Assembly: GCA_040758355.1 (NCBI GenBank)
Contig: JBFLWF010000002.1
Span: 32,001-96,000, forward strand
Reading direction: 5' to 3'
Source: Nitrospirota bacterium
GTDB lineage: Bacteria; Nitrospirota; Thermodesulfovibrionia; Thermodesulfovibrionales; Dissulfurispiraceae
DNA length: 64,000 bases
Shown here: piece by piece, positions 58,182 to 64,000 of the stretch
How the letters are laid out: the number at the start of each line of letters is the position of its first letter
Position numbering within the stretch: position 1 is the first letter of the stretch
Position numbers and translations under genes: made by a program
Notes under the pieces: model-generated
Database searches by the model: none
Told to the model about the DNA's origin: nothing
The model's input: only the letters and a program-made list of their open reading frames with translations

Positions 58182-59393
58182 ATGAAAAGGATACTCATAA
58201 CAGCGGTCTTTCTGATAACGGCATTTCTCATGATGCGGGGAGACTTCGACATCTTCGATAAACAGGAAAATGCCGGAGAATATGGAAAATACAGAGAAAT
58301 AAGCGGTACGGTCAAAAAAGGAGAAACCCTCTTCAATATCTTTAAAAGATATAATTTAAATATAACAGAGCTTTTTAAAATTAAAGAGGCATCTGCAAAT
58401 ATTCACAGGTTGAGGGAAGTATATCCAGGACAGCCGTACAAAATAATAATAGATGACAACAACCGGATAAACTCCTTTATTTACTGGATAAACGACGACT
58501 CTGTTTTGAACATCTATCGCACCGAATCCGGATTTTGCGCTGAGAAAAAGGACGTAGAGTATGAGAAAAGAACCCTGCATTTAGGCGGTGTAATAAAGGA
58601 CAATCTCATATCTTCTGTGGGAAACGGCAGGGAAAATATGATGCTGGCGATGCAGCTTTCGGATATATTTGCGTGGGATATAGACTTCGCATCGGATATT
58701 CGAAACGGAGATGCATTCAAGATTGTAGCGGAGGGATTTTATCTGAATGGAGAATTCAAAAAATTCGGCAATATACTCTCTGCGGAGTTTGTAAATAACG
58801 GCGAGGCATACCGTGCCTATAGATTCGAACATGACGGAAATATCGATTATTACGATGATGAAGGGAAGTCCCTGAGAAGGACATTTTTAAAGGCGCCGTT
58901 GAGTTTCAGAAGGGTGAGTTCGGGTTTTTCCATTAACCGTTTTCATCCAGTGCTGAAGATTTACAGGCCGCATCACGGGCTTGATTATGCCGCTCCTGTG
59001 GGAACTCCTGTTTCCGCAATAGGCGACGGAACGGTTGTCTTTGCAGGCAAAAAGGGGCAATACGGCAATCTTGTGATAATAAGACATCCCAACGGCTATA
59101 AGACATATTACGGCCATTTATCCAGATTCGGCAGCGGTATTAAAAGCGGAACAAAGGTTAAGCAGGGGCAGGTTATAGGTTATGTAGGCTCAACAGGACT
59201 TGCAACAGGGCCGCACCTGCATTATGAGATGAGGGTTAGTAACAGGCCTGTTAATCCTGTTACAGTGAAATCGCTGAAGGGAAATTCGATTCCTAAAAAG
59301 TTAATGGCTGAATTCAGGGGTTTTAAAAACCAGATGGACGGAAGGCTTGCTTCCATAATGCCAACGGCTGTTGTCCTTGCTAAAAAACAATAG
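58182..59393 (+). CDS. M23 family peptidoglycan endopeptidase (MepM-like)
   Basis: HHGLDYAA, YGHL, STGLATGPHLHYE; FAWDIDF. Confidence 0.9.
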   Translation: MKRILITAVFLITAFLMMRGDFDIFDKQENAGEYGKYREISGTVKKGETLFNIFKRYNLNITELFKIKEASANIHRLREVYPGQPYKIIIDDNNRINSFIYWINDDSVLNIYRTESGFCAEKKDVEYEKRTLHLGGVIKDNLISSVGNGRENMMLAMQLSDIFAWDIDFASDIRNGDAFKIVAEGFYLNGEFKKFGNILSAEFVNNGEAYRAYRFEHDGNIDYYDDEGKSLRRTFLKAPLSFRRVSSGFSINRFHPVLKIYRPHHGLDYAAPVGTPVSAIGDGTVVFAGKKGQYGNLVIIRHPNGYKTYYGHLSRFGSGIKSGTKVKQGQVIGYVGSTGLATGPHLHYEMRVSNRPVNPVTVKSLKGNSIPKKLMAEFRGFKNQMDGRLASIMPTAVVLAKKQ

Positions 59394-59420
59394 TAACTGC
59401 TAAAAACCAATGGAGGATTG

Positions 59421-60464
59421 ATGGGTATTGGGTTAAAAGACATAGTAATACCCGCTGCCACAGCCATGGTATCAGCATCGGTACTTTTTGTCGTCAGGGG
59501 TATTGCCTTCAGGCTGCTTCACAAGTGGGCCGAAAAAACAGAGACAAGGATCGACGATATAATCATCAGATCATTAAAAGTTCCCTCTGTTTACTGGTGC
59601 ATAGCCATCGGACTTTACATAGGAGTTGCTGTTTCAGATTTTCCTGAGAAATATGTATTTTATTTCAGCAGGGCAATCCATGTAATTGTGATATTGTCTA
59701 TTACCACTGCTGCTGCAAACCTGTCAGGCAAAATATTCAAAAATTATATCCAGAAATCAGACCTGCCTATTCCTACTACGGGCCTTGCATACGGGATATT
59801 GAAAGGGACGATTCTGATTATAGGCTTTCTGATTATACTCAGCGTTCTTGGTATTTCAATAACCCCTATCATTACAGCCCTCGGTGTTGGAGGTCTTGCT
59901 GTTGCCCTTGCGCTTCAGGATACGCTGGCAAATCTGTTTGCAGGGATTCATATACTCGTTGAGAAATCCGTAAGGGTCGGAGATTTTATAAGGCTTGAGA
60001 CAGGACAGGAAGGTTATGTTGAAGACATTACATGGAGGACAACGAGGATAAGGATGCTTCCGAATAATATGGTCATAATTCCGAACAGCAAGCTATCTCA
60101 GAGTATTGTGACGAATTATTATCTGCCTGAAAAAAGAATGGCTTTATTAATTCCTGTGAGCGTCAGTTATTCATCCAACCCGGAAAAGGTCGAGCGGATA
60201 CTTGTAGAAGAAGCGAAGAAGGCTGTTGGTGAGATCCCCGGACTGCTTGGAGACCCTGAGCCATTTGTAAGGTTCATCCCGGGTTTTGGAGATAGTTCCC
60301 TCGATTTTACGCTTATATGTCAGGTTCGGGAGTTTGTTGACCAGTATCTTGCGCAGCATGAATTGAGAAAGAGGATATTCAGGAGATTTCAGGAAGAGGG
60401 CATAGAGATACCATTCCCGCACAGGACGGTTTATCTAAGGGAGGAGAAAGAATGGAAAAGTTAA
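59421..60464 (+). CDS. mscS: Small-conductance mechanosensitive channel
   Basis: LGVGGLAVALALQDTLANLFAG, VGD, IPNS, GIEIPFP. Confidence 0.9.
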   Translation: MGIGLKDIVIPAATAMVSASVLFVVRGIAFRLLHKWAEKTETRIDDIIIRSLKVPSVYWCIAIGLYIGVAVSDFPEKYVFYFSRAIHVIVILSITTAAANLSGKIFKNYIQKSDLPIPTTGLAYGILKGTILIIGFLIILSVLGISITPIITALGVGGLAVALALQDTLANLFAGIHILVEKSVRVGDFIRLETGQEGYVEDITWRTTRIRMLPNNMVIIPNSKLSQSIVTNYYLPEKRMALLIPVSVSYSSNPEKVERILVEEAKKAVGEIPGLLGDPEPFVRFIPGFGDSSLDFTLICQVREFVDQYLAQHELRKRIFRRFQEEGIEIPFPHRTVYLREEKEWKS

Positions 60465-61114
60465 TGGAAGATTTTGAATTCAAGCAATGCGTGAGCCTCC
60501 TTAAATCCACAGGCAGAAAGGCCAGGAATCTGCGTGAACTGAGGGATGTAATAGCTGTTGTGAGTGATGAATCCATATTCCACCACACTTACCAGTATTT
60601 TTTGAAGGGGCACGTCCTCGAATACACCAATGACTTTGCCCATTGGGCAGGTGAAAGCCTTGAAGAAAGGGCATTGTCCGAGCATCTTTCCAACATAGAC
60701 CCTTATGCTTTTAAAAATATAGATGAACTGAGGCAGGAGTTGCTCAATGTAATAGACAGCTATCTTGAAAATTTTCCGGAGCCGAGGGAGGCAATGACAG
60801 GTGATGAATTCTACTTCAATGAAACCATAACCCTTATATTCCCTGTGGGCATAAGGGTCAAGAACCTTGCAGAGTTTTTAATAGCAGTCAAGTATATAGA
60901 TGCCGCAGCCATTTACTACCATTTCTATGAGGCCCGCGTCAGGCTCGGAGTTGATGACTTCTCAAAATGGCTTGAGGACTCGCTAAACAAAAAGGAGCTG
61001 TCGGAAAAAATAAGATCGATAGACCTCTTCATGCACAGCATAGAAGGTATAAGAGAACACATAATAGAGGCTGTTGAGAAAGATGTCAGGACAGGAATGG
61101 AGGCTATAGAGTGA
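60452..61114 (+). CDS. TreT-associated protein (DUF5752-like, internal duplication)
   Basis: Twice ARNL.E / SIFHH/YYH / NDFA.W; immediately upstream of treT. Confidence 0.75.
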   Translation: MEKLMEDFEFKQCVSLLKSTGRKARNLRELRDVIAVVSDESIFHHTYQYFLKGHVLEYTNDFAHWAGESLEERALSEHLSNIDPYAFKNIDELRQELLNVIDSYLENFPEPREAMTGDEFYFNETITLIFPVGIRVKNLAEFLIAVKYIDAAAIYYHFYEARVRLGVDDFSKWLEDSLNKKELSEKIRSIDLFMHSIEGIREHIIEAVEKDVRTGMEAIE

Positions 61115-62325
61115 TGATTACCCAATTCTCAGGCATATCTCCCAAAGGTGATTTGATACTCCTTCATAAGCTGGGTGAGAAACTTAATAACAGATCGTTT
61201 CTTCATATTAATTCGACCCGCGCAGGAGGAGGAGTGGCAGAGATTCTGCACAGGATGATCCCCATACTCAATGACCTCGGCATCGATGCAAGGTGGGAAG
61301 TCATAGAAGGGGACGAAAGGTTCTTTGACATAACTAAAAAAATACACAACTCACTTCAGGGAAATTTTGAAGATATTACCGAAGACATGTGGCAGCATCA
61401 CTATGAAGTCAACAGGAGAAATGCCGAAAGGCTTAATCTCGATGCGGATGCGGTTTTGATACACGACCCTCAGCCTGCACCGCTGGTTGAGTTCAGGAAA
61501 TCGGGCAGATGGATATGGAGATGCCATATAGATGTATCGCATCCGATAAAAGAGGTATGCAATTATTTGCAGCGTTATTGCGGGAAATACGATGCTTCCA
61601 TTTTTTCTGTAGCAAAATTTGCGAGGGCAATGGGTATAGATGAATTCATCATACCTCCATCAATAGACCCTATCAGCGAGAAAAACAGGGAACTTACGGA
61701 TGAAGAGATAAAGGAAACAGTTAATAAATTCCAGATACCAACAGACAGACCAATAATACTTCAGGTCTCAAGGTTTGACAGATTTAAAGACCCCATCGGT
61801 GTGATAAAGGCATACAGACTGGTTAAAAAATACAATGACTGCATCCTTATCCTTGCAGGAAGTCCGGCAACCGATGACCCTGAGGGAGAGGTAGTGCTTA
61901 AAGAGGTTCAGGATTACGTATTGGACGATCCTGACATCCATATTCTTCTTCTGCCGCCCTTCAGCGACAAAGACATTAATGCCCTGCAGAGGGCTGCAAC
62001 AGTGGTACTGCAGAAATCCTTAAAGGAAGGGTTCGGATTAACAGTATCCGAAGCCATGTGGAAAGGGAAACCTGTTATAGGCGGAGCCACAGGCGGAATC
62101 CCTTTGCAGATAATACACGGTGTTACAGGATTCCTTGTCCATTCTGTGGAAGGCGCTGCCTTCAGGATAAGGCAATTCCTCAACAATCCTGAGATGGCGC
62201 ACAGGATGGGAGAGAAGGGCAGAGAATATGTGAGGAATAACTTTCTTATAACAAGACAGATAAGGGATTATCTTTCCGTATGGTATGCGATGGAGAATAA
62301 AGGCAGAAGTGTTCTGGAGTTGTGA
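61111..62325 (+). CDS. treT: Trehalose glycosyltransferring synthase (GT4)
   Basis: NSTRAGGGVAEIL, HDPQP, WRCHID, SRFDRFKDP, KSLKEGFGLTVSEA. Confidence 0.88.
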   Translation: MMITQFSGISPKGDLILLHKLGEKLNNRSFLHINSTRAGGGVAEILHRMIPILNDLGIDARWEVIEGDERFFDITKKIHNSLQGNFEDITEDMWQHHYEVNRRNAERLNLDADAVLIHDPQPAPLVEFRKSGRWIWRCHIDVSHPIKEVCNYLQRYCGKYDASIFSVAKFARAMGIDEFIIPPSIDPISEKNRELTDEEIKETVNKFQIPTDRPIILQVSRFDRFKDPIGVIKAYRLVKKYNDCILILAGSPATDDPEGEVVLKEVQDYVLDDPDIHILLLPPFSDKDINALQRAATVVLQKSLKEGFGLTVSEAMWKGKPVIGGATGGIPLQIIHGVTGFLVHSVEGAAFRIRQFLNNPEMAHRMGEKGREYVRNNFLITRQIRDYLSVWYAMENKGRSVLEL

Positions 62326-62344
62326 TGTCAGAAGGGCTGAGTAA

Positions 62345-63700
62345 ATGAAAAAGAAAGTTCTGGAAAGTTCCATACTTTTTGTGAGCATTGTGAAATGGCT
62401 GTTCCTCGCCTCCTGCGCTGGCATACTTGTAGGCGTTTCTACAGCGGTCTTTCTTAAAACACTCGAAGCCGGGATAAGTTTCGCAGACGGTTACCGATAC
62501 TATTTTATCGCCCTCCCCGCCGTTATGGTAGTAAGTGTTTTGCTCGTTAAGTATTTCGCTCCGCAGGCGGAAGGCCACGGTACGGAAAAGATAATAGAGG
62601 CTGTGCACAGGCATTCTGGAAAAATCAATCCTCTTGTCGTCCCGGTTAAGCTGGTCGCAACGGTTATAACTATCGCAGCAGGCGGCTCTGCTGGGAAAGA
62701 GGGTCCATGCGCCCAGATAGGAGCGGGTCTGTGTTCGACTATTTCGGATATATTCAAATTCGACGACAGGGACAGGAAAAAAATGGTGATATGCGGTATA
62801 AGCGCCGGGTTTGCCACCGTATTCGGAACGCCTATCGCAGGCGCAATTTTCGGCGTTGAAGTATTGTTCGTTGGCGCTATGCTTTATGATGTACTACTGC
62901 CTTCGTTTGTCGCTGGCATTGTAGGCTATCAGGTATCTTCCGCACTCGGAGTTGCATATTTTCATGAACCGTTGAGGTTTGTCCCGGTGTTCAGCAGCGC
63001 CCTGTTTATAAAGGTCTGCATCAGCGGATTGTTTTTCGGTCTCTGCTCGCTTATCTTTATCGAGATGCTTCGTTTTTTTGAGAACACGGGCAGCCGCATG
63101 AAGTTCAATAAAATTTACAAGGCGATAGCAGGCGGCTTGGTTCTTGTAGTTCTTGCATTCATATTCTCCACAAGCTATCTCGGTCTCGGCCTGGAGACGA
63201 TTAAAAACGCTATCGAAGGGGACAATGTGAATTCGGGAGCCTTTATTCTAAAGATGATATTCACTTCGATTACACTCAATTTCGGCGGCAGCGGGGGCAT
63301 TGTTACGCCTATATTTTTTGTAGGTGCAGCAGCAGGCAATACCTTTGGCAGTTTGTTCGGACTTGATAGATCATTATTTGCCGCTATCGGAATGGTCGGA
63401 CTTTTAGCTGGTGCCGCAAACACCCCCATTTCTGCAAGCATTATGGCTGTTGAGCTTTTCGGCCCGCAAATAGGACCTTATGCTGCTGTTGCCTGTATTA
63501 TCAGTTTTCTCCTGACCGGCCACAGGAGCGTTTATCCGAGCCAGATTTTAGCCCTCGCAAAATCTTCATCCATAATTGTATCGAAAGGACAGGAGATGAG
63601 AGGGATAAGCGGCGTTGAATTCGACGTGAGGCCAAAAAGCATCACCGGAGGCATAGCCGAGGGAATAAAAAAGATCAGGAAAGGGGGAAAGAAGTCATAA
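62345..63700 (+). CDS. ClC-family chloride channel/antiporter
   Basis: GHGTE, GKEGP, FGTPIAG..F..E, GGIVTP, ANTP, late Tyr. Confidence 0.9.
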   Translation: MKKKVLESSILFVSIVKWLFLASCAGILVGVSTAVFLKTLEAGISFADGYRYYFIALPAVMVVSVLLVKYFAPQAEGHGTEKIIEAVHRHSGKINPLVVPVKLVATVITIAAGGSAGKEGPCAQIGAGLCSTISDIFKFDDRDRKKMVICGISAGFATVFGTPIAGAIFGVEVLFVGAMLYDVLLPSFVAGIVGYQVSSALGVAYFHEPLRFVPVFSSALFIKVCISGLFFGLCSLIFIEMLRFFENTGSRMKFNKIYKAIAGGLVLVVLAFIFSTSYLGLGLETIKNAIEGDNVNSGAFILKMIFTSITLNFGGSGGIVTPIFFVGAAAGNTFGSLFGLDRSLFAAIGMVGLLAGAANTPISASIMAVELFGPQIGPYAAVACIISFLLTGHRSVYPSQILALAKSSSIIVSKGQEMRGISGVEFDVRPKSITGGIAEGIKKIRKGGKKS

Positions 63701-63730
63701 GAGGAGTTGAAATAACTCCATCAGGAACTA

Positions 63731-64000
63731 ATGAAAATCGGCGCTGATTATAAAGGTAACGGGAGATGCGAATTCGTTGTATGGGCGCCCTTGTTAAAGA
63801 GTGTGTCATTGAAATTAGTGTCTCGGTCCGAACGCATTATACCCATGGAAATGGCTGACAGAGGATACTGGAAAGTCGTGGCAGAAGGTGTTTTGCCCGG
63901 CGCTCTCTATCTTTATAGACTTGATAATAAGCTTGAAATGCCTGATCCTGCATCGCGATTTCAGCCCGAAGGTGTGCACGGGCCTTCTCAGGTTATAGAC
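63731..64000 (+). CDS. treZ: Malto-oligosyltrehalose trehalohydrolase, N-terminus (runs off the window)
   Basis: MKIGADY..FVVWAP..GYW..YLYRLD..PDPASRFQPEGVHGPSQVID. Confidence 0.85.
   Translation, partial: MKIGADYKGNGRCEFVVWAPLLKSVSLKLVSRSERIIPMEMADRGYWKVVAEGVLPGALYLYRLDNKLEMPDPASRFQPEGVHGPSQVID

Overview
This bacterial chromosome segment is most consistent with a Nitrospirota (Thermodesulfovibrionia-like) anaerobe, an inference from gene content: futalosine menaquinone pathway, c7-type triheme cytochrome, split b6-type cytochrome b and an NADPH-independent-type thioredoxin reductase. Standard code 11 applies. Housekeeping blocks are mqnC-trxB-like, csp locus, folD/pyrE/mqnB, nadB, pyk, pheA-hisC-aroF-tyrA-aroA, cmk-plsC-ispH-rpsA-sppA-ihfB, Rieske/cytochrome b, oppDF, lysA-dapF-dapA, aconitase, tRNA-Lys/tRNA-Glu and an osmolyte/glycogen cluster (glgC, GPG synthase/phosphatase, treT, treZ, mscS, ClC). 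An ~11.7 kb defence island splits aroA from cmk; it holds type I R-M with an extra half HsdS, a four-helix-bundle gene, unknown genes and a repeat-delimited toxin-antitoxin array. Most unusual signals: (1) an RNA-control module heading the island, with convergent sigma70 promoters, a leader ORF spanning a bidirectional terminator, a predicted antisense sRNA and an anti-SD fold, upstream of a tiny GIY-YIG-like gene; (2) a DapF-PilZ fusion plus a stand-alone PilZ inside the lysine/DAP operon; (3) degenerate 7-9 bp tandem, often inverted, repeats that bracket the four-helix-bundle gene and are inserted in frame in many core proteins; (4) MITE-like palindromes; (5) two genes interrupted by a single stop one A-to-G change from a Trp codon. 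All calls come from motif reading; no database searches were run.
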